This document shows positions 1 through 8,589 of a stretch of 64,000 bases of DNA, piece after piece. Both the position numbers and the translations under genes were made by a program. Source of the stretch: Bythopirellula sp. (GTDB lineage: Bacteria > Planctomycetota > Planctomycetia > Pirellulales > Lacipirellulaceae); the NCBI GenBank assembly GCA_965216565.1, contig OZ244170.1:2240001-2304000 (forward strand). Reading direction: 5' to 3'. Numbering within the stretch: position 1 is the stretch's first letter; each line of letters begins with the position of its first letter. The notes beneath the pieces were generated by a model. It made no database searches, was not told where the DNA came from, and saw only the letters and a list, made by a program, of their open reading frames with translations.

Positions 1-2
1 TG

Positions 3-131
3 TTCCGACTGCAGCAGGAGCCGCGCCGACTGTGGCGACGCTATCTGACGAACAACCCTCTCTTTCTCGCTCGCGCGGCACTGCAACTCTCTGGACTACG
101 GCGATACGAACTTCCCGATGATTTACGCTAA
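3..131 (+). CDS. WecB/TagA/CpsF family glycosyltransferase, 3' end only (truncated by window)
   Basis: Frame 3 reads [22 protein letters not shown]...*, the typical C-terminal motif of this family. Confidence 0.7.
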   Translation, partial: FRLQQEPRRLWRRYLTNNPLFLARAALQLSGLRRYELPDDLR

Positions 132-143
132 GCCAGCGATCAT

Positions 144-170
144 CGGCGAGATCGGTTCAGCGTGCGGAGC
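144..170 (+). repeat. Degenerate third copy of the RAYT-flanking repeat
   Basis: CGGCGAGATCGGTTCAGCGTGCGGAGC vs CGGCGAACTCGCTTCAGCGTGCGGAAT at 2141. Confidence 0.5.
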
Positions 171-362
171 AGTGCCTCGGGTAATGTCCTAACCCAGTAC
201 TGCCACCACAGATTTCAGGAGATGAGGGGACATCCCCCTATCTCCTCTCCTTTCTTGACTCCTAAGTAACACGGCCCTAGGACACTATCGTGCCATGAGT
301 TCACTTTAGTGAATCAAGCTTTTCTGCTAAATTGCGTGGAGCGACTGAGAGCCTACCCCAAG

Positions 363-404
363 TCCCCCTCCACCGTTTTCGGGGGAGGGGCTAGGGGAGG
401 GGGC
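363..404. repeat. CCCCTC...GGAGGGG(C/T)TAGGGG-type palindromic repeat; related copies near 30268-30300 and 47308-47348
   Basis: TCCCCCTCCACCGTTTTCGGGGGAGGGGCTAGGGGAGGGGG hairpin with G-rich tail. Confidence 0.5.
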
Positions 405-427
405 TCTTGAACAATCTCGCCAACCAA

Positions 428-2131
428 ATGAGCGTCCCTCCGAGAAACTCGATGCCCACCCCACCTGCCACGCCCCAAGAAAAAGCTCCCACGCGGAACT
501 TTATCCAACAAATCATCGATGCCGATCTCAAGGTCGGTAAGAACCAGGGACTCGTACACACTCGATTTCCTCCAGAGCCCAACGGCTATTTGCACATTGG
601 TCATGCCAAAAGCATCTGCCTCAACGCGGGCCTGGCACGGGAATACGACGGCAAATTCAATCTCCGTTTCGACGACACCAACCCGACTAAGGAAGAGCAG
701 GAATACGTCGACTCGATCAAAGACGACGTCCGCTGGTTGGGAGCCGATTGGGAAGATCGGCTGTTCTTTGCCTCCGACTACTTCGACCAGCTTTATGCGT
801 GGGCCGTCCAACTGATCGAGGCTGGGAAAGCCTATGTTTGTGATCTGAACGCCGACGAGATGCGCGAGTACCGCGGCTCGCTCACCGAGCCGGGGAAAGA
901 CAGCCCTCATCGCGACCGGACGGTCGAGGAAAATCTTGACCTTTTCGCGAAGATGAAAGCCGGTGAATTTTCTGATGGTGCCCGTACGCTGCGGGCAAAG
1001 ATTGACATGTCCTCGCCCAATATCAATCTTCGCGATCCGGTAATGTATCGCATCAAGCACGCCCATCACCACCGCACGGGCGACGACTGGTGCATCTATC
1101 CGGCCTACGACTACACGCACGGACAAAGCGATTCGATCGAGGGCATCACCCATTCGATTTGCACGCTGGAATTCGAGCATCATCGACCCCTGTACGATTG
1201 GTTCCTCGAATCCTTGGACATTCATCACCCGCAACAAATCGAGTTTGCGCGACTCAATCTCACTTACACGGTGATGAGCAAACGCAAACTCTTGCAGCTC
1301 GTCCAAGAGAATCACGTCACAGGTTGGGACGATCCACGGATGTTAACGATCCGCGGGCTGCGGCGACGGGGATATACTTCCGAGGCTATTCGCGCCTTCT
1401 GCGAACGCATCGGCGTTGCCAAGTTCAACAGCACGATTGAGATGGCGTGGTTAGAAGATGCAGTGCGTGAGGACCTCAATGTGAAAGCACCTCGTGCCTT
1501 GGGTGTATTGCGACCGCTCAAGGTTGTCCTCACCAATCTCCCGGAGGGCGAAGTGAAGATGGTCGAAGCGCCCAACCACCCTCAAAACCCTGATCTAGGT
1601 ACTCGCCAGATTCCACTGACCCGCGAAATTTTCATCGAGCAAAGCGACTTCATGGAAGACGCTCCCAAAAAGTTCTTCCGACTCAAGCCCGGCAAAGAAG
1701 TCCGTCTTCGCTCGGCAGGAATTATCGCTTGCGACGATGTCGTGAAAGACGAAGCCGGTGAAATTGTTGAGCTACACTGCACGTTCGACCCTGACCATTC
1801 CCGCAAAGTGAAGGGTACCATTCACTGGGTAAGTGCCACCGAATCGATCGCCGCCGAGGTGAGGCTTTACGATCACCTTTTCAATTGCGAAAACCCGGAC
1901 GACGTACCTGAGGGTGGTTCGTTTTTGGACAACATCAATCCCGACTCGCTGGAAGTACTGACAAACGCCCGCCTCGAACCGTCGCTCGCCAATGCGGAAC
2001 CGGGGAGTCACTTACAATTCGAACGCACCGGTTATTTCTACATCGACCCAAAAGACTCGAAACCCGGCGCACCGGTATTCAACCGCACCGCCACCCTGCG
2101 CGACACCTGGGCCAAGCTAAAGAAAAAGTGA
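428..2131 (+). CDS. glnS: Glutamine--tRNA ligase
   Basis: [18 protein letters not shown] (HIGH), MSKRK (KMSKS-like), QFERTGYF; start may be 428 or 452. Confidence 0.97.
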   Translation: MSVPPRNSMPTPPATPQEKAPTRNFIQQIIDADLKVGKNQGLVHTRFPPEPNGYLHIGHAKSICLNAGLAREYDGKFNLRFDDTNPTKEEQEYVDSIKDDVRWLGADWEDRLFFASDYFDQLYAWAVQLIEAGKAYVCDLNADEMREYRGSLTEPGKDSPHRDRTVEENLDLFAKMKAGEFSDGARTLRAKIDMSSPNINLRDPVMYRIKHAHHHRTGDDWCIYPAYDYTHGQSDSIEGITHSICTLEFEHHRPLYDWFLESLDIHHPQQIEFARLNLTYTVMSKRKLLQLVQENHVTGWDDPRMLTIRGLRRRGYTSEAIRAFCERIGVAKFNSTIEMAWLEDAVREDLNVKAPRALGVLRPLKVVLTNLPEGEVKMVEAPNHPQNPDLGTRQIPLTREIFIEQSDFMEDAPKKFFRLKPGKEVRLRSAGIIACDDVVKDEAGEIVELHCTFDPDHSRKVKGTIHWVSATESIAAEVRLYDHLFNCENPDDVPEGGSFLDNINPDSLEVLTNARLEPSLANAEPGSHLQFERTGYFYIDPKDSKPGAPVFNRTATLRDTWAKLKKK

Positions 2132-2141
2132 AAGCCCCTCC

Positions 2142-2172
2142 GGCGAACTCGCTTCAGCGTGCGGAATACCTC
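2142..2172. repeat. REP-like direct repeat, copy at the 3' end of the RAYT gene
   Basis: GGCGAACTCGCTTCAGCGTGCGGAATACCTC; 28/31 identical to 2787-2817; contains the CGCT-TC-AGCG mini-hairpin and the RAYT stop codon. Confidence 0.8.
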
Positions 2173-2744
2173 TTATAAGACACCCCCTCCATAAAAGCCT
2201 CCAGCTCAAGCGAACGCCGCACCGCTGCGTCCACTTCAACAGCGATACGAGTGTGCCGATACTCCCGCCAGTCTACGCATACGCCATGACGGCCAGACTG
2301 TTTAAGCGTGTACCGATAGGCGAGCCGTGCTTGCTTCTCGTCGCGAATGCAGCCGTCGAAATACTGCTTGCCCCGCTCATCCCCCCAAAACGGTTTTAAG
2401 GGCTGATCGAGTTCGTCATTCACCAACTTGGCAACCGAACCGTGCAACCGTTGCTTGAGCTTCGATAGATTCTCCCCACGCTTCAGGTAACCCAACGTGT
2501 GGTAGTGGTTGTCCAGCAGCGAAGTGATCCAGGGAACAAATCCGAATTCACCCGTGTAGTGCTCGAAGCGTTCCCAGAATACTTGCTTGGCGGATTCGGT
2601 CGCAAACGCAGGGTAACGCCGATGGCACCGTGCGGTAATGAAGTAAACCTGATTATCGACCAGCCAATGTTCGTAGCGATGGCGACCTTGAAAGGTCTTA
2701 TTCCGGCTACGCGAGATCTTGTCGATGCGTTTTTTCATAGACAT
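2154..2744 (-). CDS. REP-associated tyrosine transposase (RAYT, IS200-like Y1 HUH family)
   Basis: YFITARC, DNHYH (HUH motif), FW...YFDGCIRDE, candidate catalytic Tyr in YRYT; start uncertain (2738-2756). Confidence 0.85.
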   Translation of the reverse strand: MSMKKRIDKISRSRNKTFQGRHRYEHWLVDNQVYFITARCHRRYPAFATESAKQVFWERFEHYTGEFGFVPWITSLLDNHYHTLGYLKRGENLSKLKQRLHGSVAKLVNDELDQPLKPFWGDERGKQYFDGCIRDEKQARLAYRYTLKQSGRHGVCVDWREYRHTRIAVEVDAAVRRSLELEAFMEGVSYKRYSAR

Positions 2745-2786
2745 TGAATGTATCACAGCGGTGTTTGCTGAAGCAAACCCGCCCCA

Positions 2787-2817
2787 GGCGAGCTCGCTTC
2801 AGCGCGCGGGATACCTC
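2787..2817. repeat. REP-like direct repeat, copy upstream of the RAYT gene
   Basis: GGCGAGCTCGCTTCAGCGCGCGGGATACCTC. Confidence 0.8.
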
Positions 2818-2911
2818 AATCCTTGACGCCCCAAGCGTTACGCCTTAGCTTGACGAGTGTGCGTCGAAACCATCCCTCGCAATCTGTTCTGAATAGAGGT
2901 AAGGCCCCACG

Positions 2912-4618
2912 ATGAGATCTCCCCTATCTACACGCCTTCCGTTCTTCCGCGCTACAACTTGGTTGACGACAACACTCATGCTCGTCGCACCTGCCCTTCC
3001 CGCGTTTGCACAAGACACCGAACGCGACACCACCTTGCTGGCCGATGTGGAACCGGTGTCTATCCCCCTGGTCTACTCTCTTCCGCAGGCATGCGCGTTA
3101 ATCTCAGCTCGACCCAAACAATTGCTGAGTGCCAAGTTCTTGCAGATGTATCCCATCGAAGTCTTACAAGCTGCTGCTATCAAGCACACGGGCCTAGATC
3201 CGTTGAAGACGGAAAGCGTATTGGTCACGATAGAACCACCAATGGTGGGGCCGCCCAATTATTTGGTCGCGGCCAAGTTTGAGGACAATTACCGGTTCGA
3301 GCTACATCCTCAATTAACGGCCCATACGGAGTCGGCAGAGATCGCGGATCAAGATTACCTTAAGAGCCAGACACCTTTGCAGCCTAGTTTTATCACGCTT
3401 ACTAATAACACACTGCTGGCTACGCCAGATCTCACTCTGCGAAAGCTCGTTAGCAATAATCCTTCCCCAGAGCCTGCTTTGCTCACGAAGAAGTTTGTCT
3501 CAGCCGGTTCCAACGATCTTTATCTGGCAGTCGACGTCCAACCGCTGCGTCCCTTGATCAACCAACTATTGATGCAACAGCGCATCCCAGATCAATTCCA
3601 ATTCGTCTACGCCTTGCCAGACTTAGTGCGGCTGGTGGAACTACGGCTCAACCTCACCGGCAACGGCCCCACAGAATTGATCGTCGAGGCAAACAACGAA
3701 TTCGATGCCACCAAGGTGCTCACGATCTTGGAGCAAGCCACACAAGTGTGGGTCGACCAGGCGCTAGCAGAAGCCAAACGGCTTCGAGCATCGGAAGATC
3801 CCATCGAAGAGGCCATGGGGCGCTACCTAGAGCGCATCTCGGGACAGGCCAGAACAGAGATCATGCCTCAACAAGAAGGCGCCAAGCTCATCCTGTTCCG
3901 CTCAGAATCATCGAGTGGCAGTAACTCAGCACTTACGATGGTGGCCACCTCAGGGGTGTTAGTGGCCTTGCTCCTACCGGCGATGCAAGCAGCACGCGAG
4001 GCGGCACGACGTGCGCAGTCGATGAACAATCTCAAGAATATCATGCTGGCCCTTCTCAATTACGAAAGCGCTAATGGGAGGTTTCCCGCCTATGCAAATT
4101 TCGACGAGGATGGAAAACCCCTGCTGAGTTGGCGTGTTCACATTTTGCCCTATCTTGATCAAGTCGCTCTCTACGATCAATTTCGCTTCGACGAACCTTG
4201 GGACAGTCCCCACAACAAACAACTCATATCCAAGATGCCCGAAGTTTATCTCGACCCAAGTTCACAGCACTCCACGACTAGGGGCCTCACGAATTACCTC
4301 GGCATCAAGGGCGAAAATATGGCCTTCGGAAATGGGCCCAAAGGAACCCAAATCAGACGATTCACAGACGGCCTCTCGAACACCCTAATGGTGCTACAAG
4401 TGAACGACCAGCGCGCCACAACCTGGACCAAACCAGACGACTGGGAACTCAACGAACAAGACCCGCTGGCGGGACTCTCGAAGAATCTCCATCCAGGTAT
4501 CTTCTTGGCAGCGTTTTGCGACGGCAGCGTGAAGGCCATCAGCGAGCAGGTTAATGTCGATACGTTCAAGCATCTTTTGACTAATAACGATGGCGAAGTA
4601 ATCAACAACCTCGATTAG
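2912..4618 (+). CDS. DUF1559 domain protein with large N-terminal extension
   Basis: Signal peptide; LVALLLPAMQAAREAARRAQSMNNLKNI, LSWRVHILPYL, HPGIFLAAFCDG (H-X9-DG). Confidence 0.9.
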   Translation: MRSPLSTRLPFFRATTWLTTTLMLVAPALPAFAQDTERDTTLLADVEPVSIPLVYSLPQACALISARPKQLLSAKFLQMYPIEVLQAAAIKHTGLDPLKTESVLVTIEPPMVGPPNYLVAAKFEDNYRFELHPQLTAHTESAEIADQDYLKSQTPLQPSFITLTNNTLLATPDLTLRKLVSNNPSPEPALLTKKFVSAGSNDLYLAVDVQPLRPLINQLLMQQRIPDQFQFVYALPDLVRLVELRLNLTGNGPTELIVEANNEFDATKVLTILEQATQVWVDQALAEAKRLRASEDPIEEAMGRYLERISGQARTEIMPQQEGAKLILFRSESSSGSNSALTMVATSGVLVALLLPAMQAAREAARRAQSMNNLKNIMLALLNYESANGRFPAYANFDEDGKPLLSWRVHILPYLDQVALYDQFRFDEPWDSPHNKQLISKMPEVYLDPSSQHSTTRGLTNYLGIKGENMAFGNGPKGTQIRRFTDGLSNTLMVLQVNDQRATTWTKPDDWELNEQDPLAGLSKNLHPGIFLAAFCDGSVKAISEQVNVDTFKHLLTNNDGEVINNLD

Positions 4619-4742
4619 TTTCACAATCGTTGGAAAGACCCAGGAATTCTAAGGTCCAGCCCTTGCGGTACGGGTGCCTGGCAACAGATAATCGCTGGCT
4701 ATTCATTTTTCTGCCACACCCTCCAGTTAGTCTGCGTCTGCC

Positions 4743-5645
4743 ATGCCTCTATTAGTCGTCGGTTCCGTTGCCATTGATCATGTCGAAACCCCTCAAGAGC
4801 TGCGTGAAAACCTGCTCGGGGGTTCTGCTACGCACTTCTCTTACGCCGCCAGTTTTTTCACCAGTGTGCGGCTCGTCGGAGTCGTGGGCGAAGATTGGCC
4901 GCCCGAGCATACAGAGCTTTTGAAAAGCCGGGGCATCGACACCACCGGCCTAGAGGTCATCGAGGGTGGTAAAACGTTTTTCTGGCGCGGTCGGTATCAC
5001 GACAACATGAACGATCGCGACTCGCTGGAAACGCAGCTCAATGTCTTTGGCGAATTCGATCCCGAACTGCCCGAGGCCTACCGACGAGCGAAGTACGTGT
5101 TCCTAGCCAACGGCGTGCCCGCTGTGCAGATGAAGGTGCTCTCGCAAGTCCCCGGTCGTCGGCTGGCCGTTGCTGACACGATGGACCTATGGATCAACAA
5201 TGCCCGCGAGGACTTGGACAACCTGCTCAACCAACTCGATGGTCTGGTGCTCAACGACAGCGAAGCCAAACTACTAACTGGAACAGAAAACCTCGTCGCA
5301 GCTGGTCACAAAGTTCGCGAGATGGGCCCCAAGTTTGTAGTGATCAAAAAAGGCGAACATGGGGCGATGTTCTTCAGCGAACACGAAACCTATGTCCTGC
5401 CCGCGTTCCCAACAGAACAGGTTATCGATCCCACCGGCGCCGGCGACAGCTTCGCCGGAGGCATGATGGGCTACCTGGCCGAGCAGGACAACTTTGATCC
5501 CGTTACGCTCAAAAAAGCACTCGCCTATGGAATCTTGGTTGCCAGTTTCAACGTCGAAGGCTTTGGCTTGGAAAGAATGCAACAGATCACACGCGAAGAC
5601 ATCGACCATCGCCTCGCGGACTACCACAAAATGCTGGACTTCTGA
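4743..5645 (+). CDS. PfkB family carbohydrate kinase
   Basis: N-terminal GGS motif; DPTGAGDSFAGG signature. Confidence 0.93.
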   Translation: MPLLVVGSVAIDHVETPQELRENLLGGSATHFSYAASFFTSVRLVGVVGEDWPPEHTELLKSRGIDTTGLEVIEGGKTFFWRGRYHDNMNDRDSLETQLNVFGEFDPELPEAYRRAKYVFLANGVPAVQMKVLSQVPGRRLAVADTMDLWINNAREDLDNLLNQLDGLVLNDSEAKLLTGTENLVAAGHKVREMGPKFVVIKKGEHGAMFFSEHETYVLPAFPTEQVIDPTGAGDSFAGGMMGYLAEQDNFDPVTLKKALAYGILVASFNVEGFGLERMQQITREDIDHRLADYHKMLDF

Positions 5646-5703
5646 CAGCTTTGAGCAAAGAGCAAAGAGCGAAAAGATAGGCAGGAGGGTTGGCACTGTA
5701 AGC

Positions 5704-6072
5704 ATGGCAAAGCAGCGCGTTAGTTTTCGATTCGAAGACTTAAAGGTATGGCAACTGTCTGCCGATATTGCGATAGATCTAGGCGATATAGCTGAGCGAT
5801 TGAAGGGTTCGCAACGGTATCGTTACGCTGAGCAACTTCGTGCCGCATCTCTTTCGATCTCCAACAATATTGCAGAAGGATCCGGAAGCAGTTCCAAAAA
5901 AGACTTTCGACATTTCTTGAATATGTCACATCGATCTGCATTCGAGTGTGCTAACATGCTAATGATTTTCACCGCCAGGGTTTTGTGACTGAAGACGAGA
6001 TACAACTTCAGCTTGTCCGGTTTGGATGAGGTTTGCCGGATGATCACCGGCTTGGCAAAATCGCTCAACTAG
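5704..6072 (+). pseudogene. Four-helix-bundle (23S rRNA IVP-like) gene with internal stop
   Basis: FEDLKVWQ...QLRAASLSISNNIAEG...FL motifs; TGA at 5986-5988; same frame resumes LDEVCRMITGLAKSLN* to 6072. Confidence 0.75.
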
Positions 6073-6099
6073 GCCCTCAAGCTACTTGCTCCAAGCTCC

Positions 6100-6672
6100 A
6101 TGGCCAAAACCCGCACCTTCATCGCCATCGAGGCTGTCGACGAAGTTCACGCTCGCGCTGTGCAGGTGATTGATCAGTTGAGTTCAGCTGCGGGGGATGT
6201 GAAGTGGGTCCCGCCTGAGAATCTGCATTGGACGATCCAATTCCTCGGCGACGTCACTGACGAAGTGATGGCCACGGTCTGTTTACTGACAAGCCGCATC
6301 GCTGCCCGGCACGAGCCATTCACGCTAGCCGCACACGGGGTGGGTGCCTTCCCCAAAGCCGAACGTCCCCGCACGCTTTGGCTGGGCGCGGGCGAAGGCA
6401 GCCAGGCATTGTGCAGTCTGCAAGATGAGCTGGAAGAGGCTCTCTGCGAACTTGGGTTTCGCCCCGAGCATCGCCGCTATGTTCCTCACCTCACCCTGGG
6501 CAGAGTCGGTCGTCATGGCCATGCAGGAGCCGCGTTGGTTGACGAACTCGCGGAGCTGAAAGATTTCGACGGCGGCACCATGGCCGTAGACGAAGTGACT
6601 GTTTACGGCAGCGAGTTGGAGCGAGGCGGGCCGGTGTATCATGTGTTGGCCCGAGCGCCGCTGGAAGGGTAA
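6100..6672 (+). CDS. thpR: RNA 2',3'-cyclic phosphodiesterase (2H phosphoesterase)
   Basis: RTFIAI, LHWTIQFLG and PHLTLGR (two HxT motifs). Confidence 0.92.
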   Translation: MAKTRTFIAIEAVDEVHARAVQVIDQLSSAAGDVKWVPPENLHWTIQFLGDVTDEVMATVCLLTSRIAARHEPFTLAAHGVGAFPKAERPRTLWLGAGEGSQALCSLQDELEEALCELGFRPEHRRYVPHLTLGRVGRHGHAGAALVDELAELKDFDGGTMAVDEVTVYGSELERGGPVYHVLARAPLEG

Positions 6673-6920
6673 GTATTGGCACTGCACGAGGTGCTTGAAT
6701 GCTGGCAATTCCCGCCTTCTGCGGACAAGTGATCCGCATTTTGTCTAACCGTCACAATCGATGCTAGCAGGATAATAGTTTCGCCGCGATTTGCGTGATA
6801 GCCTGCTAGTGGCTGACCGTAGCAACCGATTCAGTTCGATAGGGTTCGAGCCAGGGACTGGCAAAAGCCTTCTACCATTGAAATTTCAAACTTCGCGCGA
6901 ATCCAGGGAGGGAAGCGGCG

Positions 6921-8396
6921 ATGGAGCGTCTATTTCTATCAGGTGGCGTATTCTTTGCGCTCCTCGTTTGTTTAGCGAATCCCTGTGCACAAGCCGAGGA
7001 ATCCCTCGGCTCGATTGTGACCGACGTCACCGATTACTGGTCGCCGGTGATCGAAGATGCGCAGGTCGGTGAACCCTCGGAATTCTCCGACGCCATCGAA
7101 TCAAGCGTGGCGCCTGCCCAAATGCTCGCACCGCAGCGAAACACATCGGCCCGTACCGCCCAGCGTAACGACCGATCGAGTGGCGGTCGACGTTCTTCCG
7201 GCCTGTCCAACACCCCGTTCATGATAGGTGACACTGGCGCAGGAACTTGCTTTGCTTTCAACGGCCTATTGGTAGCGGAGCTTTCGCACCCCACGCTAAC
7301 CTGTAGTCGCCTGAATATCTCAGAGAACAACTCACCGCTGCCGACGGATCGTGTTTATTTCAGCTACCGACACTTTCACAACGCATCCAACCTGAAGTTT
7401 TATCAATTCGAAGAATCATTCGACGTCAATCGATTTACGCTTGGTGGCGAAAGGACTTTCTGCGATGGCATGATGTCGATGGAGCTACGCATGCCACTGG
7501 AACAGAGACTGGGTTCCAATCGAGAAAGCTACGATGTTTCCGATCCGCGTTTGAGCCTCGATCCAAACACGTTCGTCAATGGGTTCGATCCCTTTTTCGG
7601 CGGCCAGAAGACAGAGCTAGGCAACATCTCCCTGATGTTTAAGGCCTTACTCTACGAGAGCAACTCGTGTGCGGTCTCGGCGGGTGTCGGTGTCACTCTG
7701 CCTACTGCTCGGGACGTCGAATACCTGGTAACTACCGACAACCGGCTGATCTTCCCCAACGGAACGCAGGCCAATTCGAGTATCTTGCTCGACGTCTTCG
7801 GCTCAAACGAGACGGTCTACATATCGCCGTATTTGGCTTGGTTGAGCCGGCAGCCCAACTCGCGATTCTTCCATCAAGGGTTTCTGCAAATCGAAGTGGC
7901 CGCCAATCCTTCGTCGGTCGCAGTGGCAGGTGATGGCCTGACGAACTTCTTGGACGATGCCGACCCCAATGTCGTAACGGGCACCTTCGACTGGTTTACC
8001 CCGTTCCCATCCGGAAGAACAGACTTGTTTGCCCAGACGCTGATGCGATTGAATTTGGGCTTTGGATATACGATGGTGGATGACCCACGGGCAAGTTTGT
8101 TCCAAAAACTTACCGCGATGCTGGAATTTCACTACACCTCGACACTGCAGGATGCCAACATCAGCACGGTACCAATCTCGGTGGATGCCACAGGCACTTC
8201 CGGTGTAAACCCGATTCAAACAATCGAATTCGGGAACCTGCTGAACCGGGTGGACATCGTCAACATGGTTACAGGTCTTTCTGCGAATTGTGGGAACTGG
8301 GTCGTGACCAACGGTTTCACCGTCCCCATCGCTCTTAGCGAAGAGGATGGACCGTTCGACTTTGAATACAACCTCCAACTGCAGCGACCATTCTAG
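6921..8396 (+). CDS. Secreted hypothetical protein, probable outer-membrane beta-barrel
   Basis: Signal peptide, ENNSPLPTDRVYFSY motif, alternating beta-strand pattern, terminal Phe (YNLQLQRPF). Confidence 0.7.
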   Translation: MERLFLSGGVFFALLVCLANPCAQAEESLGSIVTDVTDYWSPVIEDAQVGEPSEFSDAIESSVAPAQMLAPQRNTSARTAQRNDRSSGGRRSSGLSNTPFMIGDTGAGTCFAFNGLLVAELSHPTLTCSRLNISENNSPLPTDRVYFSYRHFHNASNLKFYQFEESFDVNRFTLGGERTFCDGMMSMELRMPLEQRLGSNRESYDVSDPRLSLDPNTFVNGFDPFFGGQKTELGNISLMFKALLYESNSCAVSAGVGVTLPTARDVEYLVTTDNRLIFPNGTQANSSILLDVFGSNETVYISPYLAWLSRQPNSRFFHQGFLQIEVAANPSSVAVAGDGLTNFLDDADPNVVTGTFDWFTPFPSGRTDLFAQTLMRLNLGFGYTMVDDPRASLFQKLTAMLEFHYTSTLQDANISTVPISVDATGTSGVNPIQTIEFGNLLNRVDIVNMVTGLSANCGNWVVTNGFTVPIALSEEDGPFDFEYNLQLQRPF

Positions 8397-8432
8397 GGTC
8401 TCTGCCAACATCAATTCATTCTCCACCCCCGC

Positions 8433-8468
8433 GAAGGCCTAAGAGATCATTCTCTTAGGCCTTCTTGA
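8433..8468 (+). terminator. Intrinsic terminator hairpin
   Basis: GAAGGCCTAAGAGA-TCAT-TCTCTTAGGCCTTC perfect 14-bp stem followed by T-rich sequence. Confidence 0.75.
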
Positions 8469-8589
8469 TTTCTCTACCGGGAAGGGTCAACTGCCAAACC
8501 GGCTTTGCACGAGTCAGCAACTCTTCGTAAACTAGGATTTCGAGGAGTAAACTAGGTCCGCGCTTTCTCTGGCTGATCGAGCACACCGT

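Noticed and set aside
353..1315. 320-aa minus-strand ORF and many similar long antisense ORFs (e.g. 9283-10233, 20617-21354, 57033-57968)
   Set aside because: Shadows of well-supported genes on the opposite strand in GC-rich DNA; no recognisable motifs
5704..6072. Diversity-generating retroelement (Avd-like four-helix protein)
   Set aside because: No reverse transcriptase and no TR/VR pair in the window
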